The notes under the pieces: model-generated | Told to the model about the DNA's origin: nothing | Seen by the model: only the letters and a program-made list of their open reading frames with translations | Databases searched by the model: none | Assembly: GCA_018369675.1 (NCBI GenBank) | Contig: JAGZBU010000003.1 | Location: 8,234 to 72,233, forward strand | Length of the DNA: 64,000 nucleotides | DNA from: Haemophilus parainfluenzae | GTDB taxonomy: Bacteria; Pseudomonadota; Gammaproteobacteria; Enterobacterales; Pasteurellaceae | Direction: 5' to 3' | Translations under genes and position numbers: made by a program | Shown here: positions 21,896 through 31,906 of the stretch, in pieces | Layout of the letters: the number at the start of each line of letters is the position of its first letter | Position numbering within the stretch: the first letter of the stretch is position 1

Positions 21896-22345
21896 ATGAT
21901 GAACTACGCAAATACAGTTGCACAAAATGATATGACGTTTTCTTATCATCCTATGCCATTTTTCAATGATGTTGAAAGCAAATCGACATTTAATAAAAAA
22001 TTAGATCTCAACCTTTATTGCATCAAACGTCCACAACAAACGTGTTTTATTCGTGTAACGAATCCGAATATGCTTGCTTGGGGAATTGAAATGGGCGATA
22101 TGTTAGTGGTTGAAAAAAATGACAGCCTTTTCATCGGTGATCTTGTAGTATTGGAAAAACAAGATGAATTCCATATTTATGAATTTGCCGGTGTAAGCGG
22201 TAATGAATTTGTATTCATGGCATTAGATTCCAAAGTGGAGAATATTAAAACAACACAATGGACAAGCCTACCATTGGTTGGAACAGTAACAAATACCATC
22301 CATCAAATGAAACCAAGAAGAGATTTAATGAAATTTGCGGCTTAA
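21896..22345 (+). CDS. UmuD/LexA-C-terminal-like (peptidase S24 fold) protein with substituted catalytic dyad
   Basis: The region CFIRVTNPNM-LAWGIEM-GDMLVVEKNDSLFIGDLVVLEKQDEFHIY aligns with the UmuD and LexA pattern G-x-S-M, then 7 residues, then G-D-L-L, then 26 residues, then K. Spacing is exact. Asn replaces the Ser and Tyr replaces the Lys. No Cys-Gly or Ala-Gly cleavage site was found. Confidence 0.5.
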   Translation: MMNYANTVAQNDMTFSYHPMPFFNDVESKSTFNKKLDLNLYCIKRPQQTCFIRVTNPNMLAWGIEMGDMLVVEKNDSLFIGDLVVLEKQDEFHIYEFAGVSGNEFVFMALDSKVENIKTTQWTSLPLVGTVTNTIHQMKPRRDLMKFAA

Positions 22346-22373
22346 TCCAATAAACAGATAATCTACGCAAAGA

Positions 22374-22405
22374 AAAAGTGCGGTTAATTTTAACCGCACT
22401 TTTTG
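22374..22405. repeat. USS inverted pair forming a bidirectional terminator
   Basis: The sequence is AAAAGTGCGGTTAATTTTAACCGCACTTTTT. Confidence 0.7.
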
Positions 22406-22424
22406 TTGAAATAAAAAATTGTTA

Positions 22425-22976
22425 TTACATCACTCGACGTGATTGTGTGTAAGTTCTTGCCCAGTAATCTTCATCTAATGAACTAATTGTTACACCTTGG
22501 CTTGAACTTGCATGCATAAATTGGTTGTTACCAATATAAACGCCCACATGATTGTTGCGACGGAAGAACACTAAATCACCTTTACGTAATTCATGTTTTT
22601 GGATTTGGCGACCTAAATAGCGTTGTTCTGAGGTTGAACGTGGAAGCTCCATGCCGTAAGCATCGAGAAAAGCAGTTTGCATAAATGCAGAGCAATCAAT
22701 ACCATGTTTTGAAGTGCCCCCCATTCTGTAACGAGTACCAACCCATTCGTTATAAACTTGAGCAAGCGCTTTATCACCAATTAAACCTGATTTAGGACGG
22801 TTAGTTCTTAATTTAGGGTAAACGCCCCCTTTTTTCCCATCTAAACCAGCAATCAAACCCGTTAACTCAGCATCATCACTTTCACTAATCATGCCGTTTT
22901 GTGCCTGCCCCGAGTTGTTAGAGCAGGCTGTTGTCAAAACAGCCAAACCTACAATAATCAAAATCTTCTTTAACAT
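22425..22976 (-). CDS. nlpC: NlpC/P60-family lipoprotein (cell-wall endopeptidase)
   Basis: A lipobox (VLTTAC|S) is present. The NlpC/P60 Cys-His core reads GIDCSAF...HVGVYIGNNQFMHAS. Confidence 0.8.
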   Translation of the reverse strand: MLKKILIIVGLAVLTTACSNNSGQAQNGMISESDDAELTGLIAGLDGKKGGVYPKLRTNRPKSGLIGDKALAQVYNEWVGTRYRMGGTSKHGIDCSAFMQTAFLDAYGMELPRSTSEQRYLGRQIQKHELRKGDLVFFRRNNHVGVYIGNNQFMHASSSQGVTISSLDEDYWARTYTQSRRVM

Positions 22977-23087
22977 AGCTTTTAAATAATAAAAAAATAT
23001 AAAAACAAAACTGGTCGGATTTTATCAAAAAGTCATTATGCCCGCCAGTTTTTATTGAATTTTTATGCAATTTTGTGAGTGAGATCT

Positions 23088-23123
23088 CAAAAAAAATAAG
23101 GACTACTCAATCAGCAGTCCTTA
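23088..23123 (-). terminator. Rho-independent terminator after lpdA
   Basis: The minus strand reads AAGGACTgctgattgagtAGTCCTT followed by ATTTTTTTT. Confidence 0.55.
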
Positions 23124-23139
23124 AAATAACTAAATTTGA

Positions 23140-24564
23140 TTATTTTTTCTTCGCTTTTGCATTTGGAAGATCGGTAATTGAACCCTCAAATACTTCAGCT
23201 GCAAGACCCACAGATTCATGAAGTGTTGGGTGAGCATGAATCGTTAATGCGATATCTTCCGCATCACAACCCATTTCGATCGCTAGACCGATTTCACCTA
23301 ATAATTCACCACCGTTAGCCCCCACGATAGCCCCACCAAGTATACGGTGAGTATCTTTATCAAAGATTAATTTGGTCATACCTTCTGCACATTCAGATGC
23401 AATTGCACGACCAGAAGCTGCCCAAGGGAATTTCGCGACTTCGTAGTTTAAACCTTCTTGTTTACATTCTTTCTCAGTTTTACCTACCCAAGCCACTTCT
23501 GGTTCAGTATAAGCAATAGAAGGAATAACTTTTGGATCGAAGTAATGTTTTTGTCCTGCAATCACTTCTGCCGCAACGTGACCTTCGTGAACACCTTTGT
23601 GGGCCAACATTGGTTGACCAACGATATCACCGATTGCAAAGATATGAGGCACATTGGTACGCATTTGCTTATCAACATGAATGAAACCACGTTCATCCAC
23701 TTCAACACCTGCTTTACCTGCATCGATCAATTTACCGTTTGGTGTACGACCGATTGCCACTAACACTGCATCATAACGTTTAGTGTCATTGCATGCTTTA
23801 CCTTCCATTGAAACATAGATACCATCGTCTTTTGCTTCAACTGCAGTCACTTTAGTTTCAAGCATTAACTTGAATTTTTTCTCAACTTGTTTGGTGTAGA
23901 TTGCAACAACATCTTTATCTGCTGCTGGAATTACTTGGTCAAACATTTCAACCACTTCAACTTCAGAACCTAATGCATGATATACAGTACCCATCTCTAA
24001 ACCGATGATACCACCACCCATGATTAACAGTTTTTTCGGTACTTCTTTTAATTTAAGTGCATCTGTTGAATCCCAAACACGTGGATCTTCATGTGGAATG
24101 AATGGTAATTGAATTGGGCGAGAACCCGCTGCGATAATCGCATTATCGAATTTGATTGTAGTTGGTTTACCATCACGATCACGTGCTACTAATGTATGTG
24201 GATCGGTAAACGCCGCTAAACCTTCAACAACGGTAACTTTACGTTGTTTAGCCATGCCTGCAAGACCGCCTGTTAATTTAGCCACAACCGCTTCTTTACC
24301 TGCGCGCACTTCATCTAAATCAATGCGAGGCTCAGCGAAATACACACCGTTTTTGCTTGCATGTTTTGCTTCTTCAATTACTTTAGCAACGTGAAGTAAT
24401 GCTTTAGAAGGGATACAACCTACGTTTAAACATACCCCACCTAATGTTGAATAACGTTCAACAAGTACTGTTTCTAAACCTAAGTCCGCACAACGGAATG
24501 CCGCTGAATAACCTGCAGGACCAGCACCAAGTACCACAACTTGGGTTTTAATTTCTTTACTCAT
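23140..24564 (-). CDS. lpdA: dihydrolipoyl dehydrogenase (E3)
   Basis: An FAD GxGxxG motif (VVVLGAGPAGYSAA) is present. The redox disulfide reads GGVCLNVGCIPSK, and the HAHPTL motif is present. The gene encodes 474 aa. Confidence 0.95.
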   Translation of the reverse strand: MSKEIKTQVVVLGAGPAGYSAAFRCADLGLETVLVERYSTLGGVCLNVGCIPSKALLHVAKVIEEAKHASKNGVYFAEPRIDLDEVRAGKEAVVAKLTGGLAGMAKQRKVTVVEGLAAFTDPHTLVARDRDGKPTTIKFDNAIIAAGSRPIQLPFIPHEDPRVWDSTDALKLKEVPKKLLIMGGGIIGLEMGTVYHALGSEVEVVEMFDQVIPAADKDVVAIYTKQVEKKFKLMLETKVTAVEAKDDGIYVSMEGKACNDTKRYDAVLVAIGRTPNGKLIDAGKAGVEVDERGFIHVDKQMRTNVPHIFAIGDIVGQPMLAHKGVHEGHVAAEVIAGQKHYFDPKVIPSIAYTEPEVAWVGKTEKECKQEGLNYEVAKFPWAASGRAIASECAEGMTKLIFDKDTHRILGGAIVGANGGELLGEIGLAIEMGCDAEDIALTIHAHPTLHESVGLAAEVFEGSITDLPNAKAKKK

Positions 24565-24614
24565 TTTTACCTCGTAAAAACGTTCAAATTTTTGACCGCA
24601 CTTGCGATCCTTTC

Positions 24615-24646
24615 TGTAAGATGTGAGCCTAATTACTCACATCTTA
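24615..24646. other. perfect 12-bp-stem hairpin in the aceF-lpdA spacer
   Basis: The sequence is GTAAGATGTGAG-cctaatta-CTCACATCTTAC. Neither strand has a U-tract after it. Confidence 0.4.
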
Positions 24647-24655
24647 CCGTGTTAA

Positions 24656-26560
24656 TTACATCACCAAACGACGTAAGTCAGCTAATACGCCATTGATATA
24701 GCTTAAGAAACGAGCACCATCAGCACCATCGATCACACGGTGGTCGAAAGATAATGATAATGGAAGCATTAAACGTGGCTCAAATTCTTTACCATTCCAA
24801 ACCGGTTGCATTTCTGATTTAGACACACCTAAAATTGCCACTTCAGGTGCATTTACGATTGGCGTAAAGTGAGTTGTACCAATACCACCTAAACTTGAAA
24901 TAGTGAAACAACCACCTTGCATATCTGAACCGGAAAGTTTACCGTCACGTGCTTTTTTGGAGACTTCCATTAATTCACGAGAGAGTTCGATAATACCTTT
25001 TTTGTTCACATTTTTAAATACAGGTACAACAAGACCGTTTGGTGTATCTACCGCTACGCCAATGTTGATGTATTTTTTAAGTGTTAATTTTTGACCGTCT
25101 TCAGAGATAGAGCTATTGAAACGTGGGAACGCTTCTAATGCTTTCGCTACCGCTTTCATAATGAACACAACAGGTGTAATTTTCACATCCAATTTTTGTT
25201 TTTCAACAATCTTGTTCTGTTCTTTACGGAATGCTTCTAAATCGGTGATATCGGTACGATCGAAGTGAGTAACATGTGGAATCATTACCCAGTTACGATG
25301 TAAGTTTGCACCAGAGATTTTGTTGATACGGCTTAATTCAACTTCTTCCACTTCACCAAATTTGCTGAAGTCAACTTTCGGCCATGGTAATAAACCTAAG
25401 CCCGCACCGTTTGCCACACCATTACCCGCTGTTGCAGAAGATACAGTGCCTGTTTCAAACGCTTTAACAGCGGTTTTCACGTAAGCTTGGATATCTTCTT
25501 TTACTACGCGACCTTTACGACCCGTACCTTTTACGCGATCAAGGTTAATGCCGTATTCACGCGCTAAACGACGAATCACTGGAGTTGCATGTGCATAGCC
25601 CGCGCTTGCGACAACTTGTTCTTGGCTTAAGCCAGATACATTACCTGGTTGTGCTACCGGCGCTGCTGCAGGTGCTGCTTGGGGCGCTGGAGCTGCTGCC
25701 GCTGGAGTCGCTGCTGGAGCAGGTGCTGCACCCGCCACTTCAAATTTCATAATTAATGAACCAGTTGAAACTTTATCACCTGATTTCACTAAAATTTCTT
25801 TTACCACACCCGCAAACGGAGCTGGCACTTCCATTGAGGCTTTATCGCCTTCAACGGTAATTAAAGATTGCTCTTCAGAAACGCTGTCGCCAACTGCAAC
25901 CATGATTTCAGTTACGTTAACTTCATCACCACCAATATCAGGTACATTCACTTCTTTAATGGCTGAAGCTGTTGGTGTTGGTGCTGCTGCAGGTGCTGCC
26001 GCCTGTTGAACTGGCGCTGCGGCTGGTGCTGCACCGGCTACTTCAAATTTCATGATTAATTTGCCTGTAACAACTTTATCGCCCACGTTGATTAAAATTT
26101 CTTTAACTACGCCAGCAACTGGAGCAGGGACTTCCATTGATGCTTTATCACCTTCAACATTGATGATTGATTGGTCAACTTCAACAGTATCACCGACTTT
26201 CACCATAATATCTGTCACGTTTACTTCGTCTGAACCGATATCTGGTACATTGACTTCAACTACACTTGCAGCTGCTGGTGCGGCTGTCGGCGCAGGTGCT
26301 GCTGCCGCTGGAGCTGGCGCTGCCGCATCCGCTGACTCTAAAATAAGCATTGGTGTGCCAGTTGTGACTTTATCACCCACTTTTACTAATACTTCTTTTA
26401 CCACACCGGCTTCTGGTGCTGGTACTTCCATTGAGGCTTTATCACCTTCAACATTGATAATGCTTTGATCTGCAGTAATGGTATCTCCTACTTTCACCAT
26501 CACTTCTGTTACGGTAACTTCATCACTACCGATATCAGGAATTTGAATTTGTTTTGACAT
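24656..26560 (-). CDS. aceF: dihydrolipoyllysine-residue acetyltransferase (E2) with three lipoyl domains
   Basis: There are three repeats of the ...[19 protein letters not shown]... pattern separated by Ala/Pro linkers. The catalytic domain has the DHRVIDGA motif. Confidence 0.95.
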   Translation of the reverse strand: MSKQIQIPDIGSDEVTVTEVMVKVGDTITADQSIINVEGDKASMEVPAPEAGVVKEVLVKVGDKVTTGTPMLILESADAAAPAPAAAAPAPTAAPAAASVVEVNVPDIGSDEVNVTDIMVKVGDTVEVDQSIINVEGDKASMEVPAPVAGVVKEILINVGDKVVTGKLIMKFEVAGAAPAAAPVQQAAAPAAAPTPTASAIKEVNVPDIGGDEVNVTEIMVAVGDSVSEEQSLITVEGDKASMEVPAPFAGVVKEILVKSGDKVSTGSLIMKFEVAGAAPAPAATPAAAAPAPQAAPAAAPVAQPGNVSGLSQEQVVASAGYAHATPVIRRLAREYGINLDRVKGTGRKGRVVKEDIQAYVKTAVKAFETGTVSSATAGNGVANGAGLGLLPWPKVDFSKFGEVEEVELSRINKISGANLHRNWVMIPHVTHFDRTDITDLEAFRKEQNKIVEKQKLDVKITPVVFIMKAVAKALEAFPRFNSSISEDGQKLTLKKYINIGVAVDTPNGLVVPVFKNVNKKGIIELSRELMEVSKKARDGKLSGSDMQGGCFTISSLGGIGTTHFTPIVNAPEVAILGVSKSEMQPVWNGKEFEPRLMLPLSLSFDHRVIDGADGARFLSYINGVLADLRRLVM

Positions 26561-26647
26561 GTTATCTTACCTTTAAAAAACGCAGTTAAAATCAACCGCA
26601 CTTTATTTGTAGATGATCCTGTGCGTTTTGCGCACAGGATGTTTTTA

Positions 26648-29314
26648 TTAAGCGTAAAGCGGGTTTAAAACTTCAGTTTTTAAACCAAATTTCGCGATTG
26701 CATCAGCCACGACTTTCGCATCAAATTTGCCTTGTTTTGCAAGCTCATGTAATGCTGCAACCACAACATAACGCGCATCCACTTCGAAGTGTTCACGTAA
26801 GTTTGCACGGCTGTCTGAACGACCGAAACCATCAGTACCTAATACGTGGTAGCTTTGTGCAGGAATAAATGCACGAACTTGTTCTGCGAACAATTTCATG
26901 TAGTCAGTTGCCGCAACAGCCGGTGCATCATTCATGACTTGTGCAATGTAAGGTACACGTTGTTTTTCAGTTGGGTGTAACATATTCCAACGTACAGCAT
27001 CTGCACCTTCACGAGCAACTTCAGTGAATGAAGGCACGCTATAAACATCCGAGCTTACACCATATTCATTTGCAAGAATTTGTGCTGCTTCACGAACATG
27101 ACGGAAGATCGCACCAGAACCTAATAATTGAACATGGCCTTTGTTGTCTTTCGCTTCAACGGTTTCAAATTTATAAATACCTTTACGAATACCCTCTTCA
27201 GCGCCTTTTGGCATTGCTGGTTGTTCGTAAGTTTCGTTTAATGTGGTGATGTAGTAGAACACATCTTCTTGTTTTTCACCGTACATACGATTGATACCGT
27301 CTTGTAGGATAACTGCCACTTCATAAACGTAAGCTGGGTCATAAGACACACAGTTAGGAATAACAAGAGATTGAATATGGCTATGACCATCTTCGTGTTG
27401 TAAACCTTCACCATTTAATGTTGTACGACCAGAAGTACCACCAATCATGAAACCACGTGCTAATTGGTCACCTGCTGCCCACATTAAGTCACCCACACGT
27501 TGGAAACCAAACATTGAGTAGTAGATGAAGAATGGAATCATCGGAAGATTATTTACAGAGTATGAGTTTGCTGCTGCTAACCAAGATGATGCTGCACCTA
27601 ATTCGTTGATACCTTCTTGTAATACTTGACCATCTTTCGCTTCACGGTAGTAGGCCACTAAATCACGGTCAGAAGGTACATAGTTTTGACCATGTGGGTT
27701 GTAAATACCGATTTGACGGAATAAACCTTCCATACCGAAAGTACGCGCTTCGTCAGCGATAATTGGCACAATTTGTTTACCAATATTTTTATCTTTCAAT
27801 AAGGTATTTAAGAAACGTACAAATGCCATTGTGGTTGAAATTGGACGCGCTTGTTCTTCCAATAATGGAGCAAATTCTTCCAATGATGGCACTTTAAATT
27901 CAGTGGTGAATTTTGGTAAACGTTTTGGTAAGTAACCGTTTAACGCTTTACGTCTGCCGTGAAGATAATTGTATTCTTCCGAACCTTCTGGGAAGGTGAT
28001 ATATGGATAGTTAGGGATATCTTCATCTTTAATATCTAATTGGAAATGATCACGGAAAGATTTTAAGCTTTCGAGAGACATTTTTTTCGATTGGTGTGCA
28101 GTGTTTTTACTTTCTGCTTCAGGAATTTTATAACCTTTAACCATGTGCGCTAAGATCACAACAGGTTTACCTGCAGTTTGCGCTTTATGGAATGCAGCAT
28201 AAAGTTTTTCTGAATCGTGACCACCACGTCTTAATGCCCAGATTTCATCATCTGTCATATCTGCTACTAATGCAGCGGTTTCTGGATAACGACCGAAGAA
28301 GTGTTCACGAACGTATGCACCATTCTTAGATTTGAAGGTTAAATAGTCACCGTCAACTACTTCCATCATTAATTGGGTTAATTTGCCGGTAGTATCTTTT
28401 GCAAATAATTTATCCCAGCCACTACCCCACATGACTTTGATCACTTCCCAGCCTGCACCAGCAAATAAACCTTCTAATTCTTGAACGATTTTGCCGTTAC
28501 CCGTTACTGGACCATCTAAACGTTGCAAGTTACAGCTTACTACGAAGATTAAGTTATCTAAGCCTTCACGTGCTGCGAATGTTAAATCACCTTTTGCTTC
28601 GATTTCGTCCATCTCACCGTCACCAAGGAAAGCATACACTTTTTGATCTTTGGTATCTTTTAAACCACGGTTATCTAAGTATTTTAAGAAACGAGCAGTA
28701 CGGATTGCATTTACTGGACCTAAACCCATCGATACTGTGGAGAATTGCCAGAATTCAGGCATTAATTTCGGGTGTGGGTAAGAAGAAAGACCTTTACCAG
28801 GTTCACATTCCTGACGGAAATTATTCATTTGATCTTCAGTAATACGACCTTCAATAAATGCACGAGCATACATACCTGGTGCCGCGTGGCCTTGGAAGAA
28901 GACTAAGTCACCGCCGTTTTTATCTGTAGCAGCTTTGAAGAAGTGGTTAAAACAAACTTCATACATGCTTGCTGCAGATTGATAAGTTGAAATATGACCA
29001 CCTAATTCAAGATCTTTTTTCTGGCCACGTAATACCGCCATGATCGCATTCCAACGTACAGCACTACGAATACGACGCTCAATAGCTTTATCACCTGGGT
29101 ATGCTGGCTGTTCAGAAACAGGGATGGTATTAACATAAGGGGTTGTTACGCCACCTTTTGCAATGTTCACACCACCATTACGTGCCTGATCGATCACCTG
29201 ATTGATGATGTAATGCGCACGCTCTGCGCCTTCGGCACGAATTAATGAATCAACAGCTGACAACCAATCTTGTGTTTCAATTGGGTCAATATCGTTTACT
29301 AAGGTATCTGACAT
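26648..29314 (-). CDS. aceE: pyruvate dehydrogenase E1 component
   Basis: The gene encodes 888 aa. It begins MSDTLVNDIDPIETQDWLSAVDSLIR and matches E. coli AceE throughout. Confidence 0.95.
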   Translation of the reverse strand: MSDTLVNDIDPIETQDWLSAVDSLIRAEGAERAHYIINQVIDQARNGGVNIAKGGVTTPYVNTIPVSEQPAYPGDKAIERRIRSAVRWNAIMAVLRGQKKDLELGGHISTYQSAASMYEVCFNHFFKAATDKNGGDLVFFQGHAAPGMYARAFIEGRITEDQMNNFRQECEPGKGLSSYPHPKLMPEFWQFSTVSMGLGPVNAIRTARFLKYLDNRGLKDTKDQKVYAFLGDGEMDEIEAKGDLTFAAREGLDNLIFVVSCNLQRLDGPVTGNGKIVQELEGLFAGAGWEVIKVMWGSGWDKLFAKDTTGKLTQLMMEVVDGDYLTFKSKNGAYVREHFFGRYPETAALVADMTDDEIWALRRGGHDSEKLYAAFHKAQTAGKPVVILAHMVKGYKIPEAESKNTAHQSKKMSLESLKSFRDHFQLDIKDEDIPNYPYITFPEGSEEYNYLHGRRKALNGYLPKRLPKFTTEFKVPSLEEFAPLLEEQARPISTTMAFVRFLNTLLKDKNIGKQIVPIIADEARTFGMEGLFRQIGIYNPHGQNYVPSDRDLVAYYREAKDGQVLQEGINELGAASSWLAAANSYSVNNLPMIPFFIYYSMFGFQRVGDLMWAAGDQLARGFMIGGTSGRTTLNGEGLQHEDGHSHIQSLVIPNCVSYDPAYVYEVAVILQDGINRMYGEKQEDVFYYITTLNETYEQPAMPKGAEEGIRKGIYKFETVEAKDNKGHVQLLGSGAIFRHVREAAQILANEYGVSSDVYSVPSFTEVAREGADAVRWNMLHPTEKQRVPYIAQVMNDAPAVAATDYMKLFAEQVRAFIPAQSYHVLGTDGFGRSDSRANLREHFEVDARYVVVAALHELAKQGKFDAKVVADAIAKFGLKTEVLNPLYA

Positions 29315-29346
29315 AGTCTTTCCTTATTTTACTGAGTGAAAATGAA

Positions 29347-29364
29347 GTTTGGTCATGACCAAAC
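29347..29364. promoter_or_regulatory. perfect 18-bp palindrome GTTTGGTCATGACCAAAC, a PdhR/GntR-type operator-like site upstream of aceE
   Basis: It lies 33-50 bp upstream of the aceE start codon. The TTGGT-N4-ACCAA core resembles the PdhR box (ATTGGT-N3-ACCAAT). Confidence 0.4.
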
Positions 29365-29621
29365 ACGAAAATCAAGCTTGTTAATCAATGTTACAAACAT
29401 TTAACAAATCTTGTAAATTTTAGAAGATTTTTTGCAAGAAAGATAGTAGATTTTCACTGTTCTCACGCATTTCTTCCTGTTATTGCAATAGTCTTCATTA
29501 AAAGTGCGGTCATTTTTAAAGGATTTTTGGGTTTAAATTAAAGCATACTTTATATATTGCATTCCTTACCCGCTTTGATCTAAAGTGTTCGCATGCTTTT
29601 GAGCTTTTTAGAGGACAAAAT

Positions 29622-30080
29622 ATGAACACGACAACTCGCCCAATCTTTTCTCATAAACGAATAGCGCTCGTTGCACATGATAGCTGCAAACAAAATCTGC
29701 TCAATTGGGTAAAGAAACACAAAGAAGCACTCGCTCCCCATCAACTTTATGCGACGGGTACAACTGGCCATCTATTAGAAAGAGAAACGGGACTCAAAAT
29801 AGCCTCGCTATTAAGTGGCCCGATGGGCGGCGATCAACAACTTGGCGGACTGATTGCTGAGAAAAAAATTGATATGATGATTTTCTTTTGGGATCCGATG
29901 AACGCCGCACCACATGATCCCGATGTAAAAGCCCTTATGCGTATTGCAACTGTTTGGAATATTCCTGTGGCAATTAATCAAAGCACCGCTGATTTTCTTT
30001 TAACATCAAACTTATTTGATCAAGAAATCAATATTGATATCCCCGATTATGAAGGATATTTAAAAGCACGTTTAAGTTAA
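29622..30080 (+). CDS. mgsA: methylglyoxal synthase
   Basis: The gene encodes 152 aa and has the [18 protein letters not shown]...LYATGTTG motifs. Confidence 0.92.
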   Translation: MNTTTRPIFSHKRIALVAHDSCKQNLLNWVKKHKEALAPHQLYATGTTGHLLERETGLKIASLLSGPMGGDQQLGGLIAEKKIDMMIFFWDPMNAAPHDPDVKALMRIATVWNIPVAINQSTADFLLTSNLFDQEINIDIPDYEGYLKARLS

Positions 30081-30086
30081 CCAAAT

Positions 30087-30120
30087 AAAAAGGAGATAAA
30101 TCACTTTATCTCCTTTCTGT
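30087..30120. terminator. bidirectional terminator between mgsA and ydgA
   Basis: AAAGGAGATAAA-tcac-TTTATCTCCTTT forms a 12-bp perfect stem. A-rich and T-rich tracts flank it. Confidence 0.65.
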
Positions 30121-30135
30121 TTATTTACTCGTTAA

Positions 30136-31638
30136 TTACTTACCCTGCATTGCCGCGCTCATGATTAACATAAACAGCACGCCTTGCACCTGCTCTTCTG
30201 GAATCACTTGACCATTAAGTTTTAATTCACCTTTTTCGAGTACTAAGGCAAGCGTCACATTTTTATCGTTATTCACCACAATATTTTGTGCTGCTGCTTG
30301 TTTGGCTTGCTCTTCAATTTTCTCTTTAATCAACGCTTTATCTTCTTCTGGAGAAAATTGTGTCAGGATTTTTTCTGCTGTCGCTTTATCTACATGAATA
30401 TGCACCGCAAAATCCGTAAATTGTTTATATAAACTTCCTTTCATTAAATCAAATTTTGGATCTTTCGCTAATGCCACATTGAGATCTAATGACACTTTAC
30501 CTTGATTGTCCGAAATTGATACTGGGTTGAGTTTAAGTTGAGGCTGATTATTAAAAATAGCCATACCATGCTCTTCAACCCATGAACTTAAGATTTCAGA
30601 TACCACTTCATCATTCACATTTTTATCATCTCTAACAGACTTAAATACCGTGAAAACAGCTTCAATCAACGCATTTGCTGCGTTTGCTTCAATATGATTT
30701 AACTCGCTATTGTTAGTTAACTTCCCTAACTCTTTTCCATCTAAAACAAATGAATCTACTGCACTCTCACTTTTTAAATTTACAAAATCACCATTAAGTG
30801 AAATATCAGATGTGGCTTTTAAGCCTTTTTCAATAAGAGAAGTCGTTTTTCCAGCATAGTCCGTGCTCGTCATTTCGAAGCTTTCAGTTGAATAAGAACC
30901 TTTCCCCGTATAAATGTAAGCCCATTTTGTAGGATTGAATGAAGCAGCCAATTTCATACCCTTCATCTTCGTTTTTACCGACTTAACTGCAGTAGCGTCC
31001 TGGCTATTTTCCCCATCTGTACTACTAGGGCCTAAATCAGCAGTCACTTCGTCTAAGGTCATGTCATATTTCCCCGCTCGATCTTTATCTACATCAAAAC
31101 CAATGTTGATATTTGACCATGAGATCTTATTTTGTGGTGAGTGAGGATCTGTCATTCCCCCTGCTGCTAATTCAACTTTACCTTTTGTTGCTAAACTATA
31201 GCTAGTTGAAGCTTGATATTGAACAGGTTTATCTGATTTAAGAAAATCAAATAGCGGCTGAGTTGTTTCATTTTTACCAATCACACCTTGTGCTGAAAAC
31301 ATTGTTGGTACGAAGTTAAATTTTTCCAACTGATTAAGTGGAAATGGTCCATGATAAAGCTTAGTTGAAAGTGGGATAGTAAATACTTGTCCTTCTTTCG
31401 GTAAAGAAATAACTACTTCATCTTCCACTTGAGAAGTAAAGAAACTGCGATCAAATTGCTTATTTTTATAAACAAGATTCACTGAATCTGGCAAACCTAA
31501 ACTTTGTAATTTTTGGTTCGCTAATTCAATTTGACGCAAATATTCAGTTTGTGCTTTTTCCCCAGTAAACCATGCACCACCGATGCCGACAATACCGAGG
31601 GCAACAATGACACCTAATGCTACAGTTGATTTTTTCAT
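30136..31638 (-). CDS. ydgA: DUF945-family protein YdgA
   Basis: The gene encodes 500 aa. The N-terminus MKKSTVALGVIVALGIVGIGGAWFTGEKAQ is very like E. coli YdgA (MKKSLVAIGVIVALGAVWTGGAWYTGKK). Confidence 0.7.
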   Translation of the reverse strand: MKKSTVALGVIVALGIVGIGGAWFTGEKAQTEYLRQIELANQKLQSLGLPDSVNLVYKNKQFDRSFFTSQVEDEVVISLPKEGQVFTIPLSTKLYHGPFPLNQLEKFNFVPTMFSAQGVIGKNETTQPLFDFLKSDKPVQYQASTSYSLATKGKVELAAGGMTDPHSPQNKISWSNINIGFDVDKDRAGKYDMTLDEVTADLGPSSTDGENSQDATAVKSVKTKMKGMKLAASFNPTKWAYIYTGKGSYSTESFEMTSTDYAGKTTSLIEKGLKATSDISLNGDFVNLKSESAVDSFVLDGKELGKLTNNSELNHIEANAANALIEAVFTVFKSVRDDKNVNDEVVSEILSSWVEEHGMAIFNNQPQLKLNPVSISDNQGKVSLDLNVALAKDPKFDLMKGSLYKQFTDFAVHIHVDKATAEKILTQFSPEEDKALIKEKIEEQAKQAAAQNIVVNNDKNVTLALVLEKGELKLNGQVIPEEQVQGVLFMLIMSAAMQGK

Positions 31639-31823
31639 TTTGATTCCTTTGCTAACTAATAGATGATTAAAATTGCTGGCAATTTATCACAAATCACAAT
31701 TTTTTTCTTATTTTTAAAAAATAATTTTATATCACCCCTTGAACTTCTCATCTCTGGACTTATTTTGTAAAACAAGAACGGAAATGACCGCACTTTAAAA
31801 GGAAGAAAAAATTTTAAATCTTG

Positions 31824-31856
31824 CCTCTTGAAATGCGAAAAAGTATCCACATCTTA
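31824..31856 (+). promoter_or_regulatory. sigma32 heat-shock promoter for dnaK
   Basis: The sequence is CTTGAAA-13 nt-CCACATCT, against the consensus CTTGAAA-N13-15-CCCCATNT. It lies about 50 bp upstream of the dnaK ATG. Confidence 0.55.
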
Positions 31857-31906
31857 TTCATCGTAACAATTTACAACGAATTTAAAATTTAAGTAGGAGT
31901 AACAAC

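Noticed and set aside
26052-26468. A 138-aa Ala/Thr/Gly-rich ORF on the plus strand.
   Set aside because: It is the antisense translation of the Ala/Pro linker and lipoyl-domain repeats of aceF. The low-complexity composition is an artefact.
24656-26560. Three roughly 300-bp tandem direct repeats that might suggest a repeat array.
   Set aside because: They are the three lipoyl-domain coding modules of aceF. This is a normal E2 architecture and not a CRISPR or mobile repeat.
13457-29314. gyrA and aceE both translate to exactly 888 aa.
   Set aside because: This is a coincidence of length. The sequences are unrelated.
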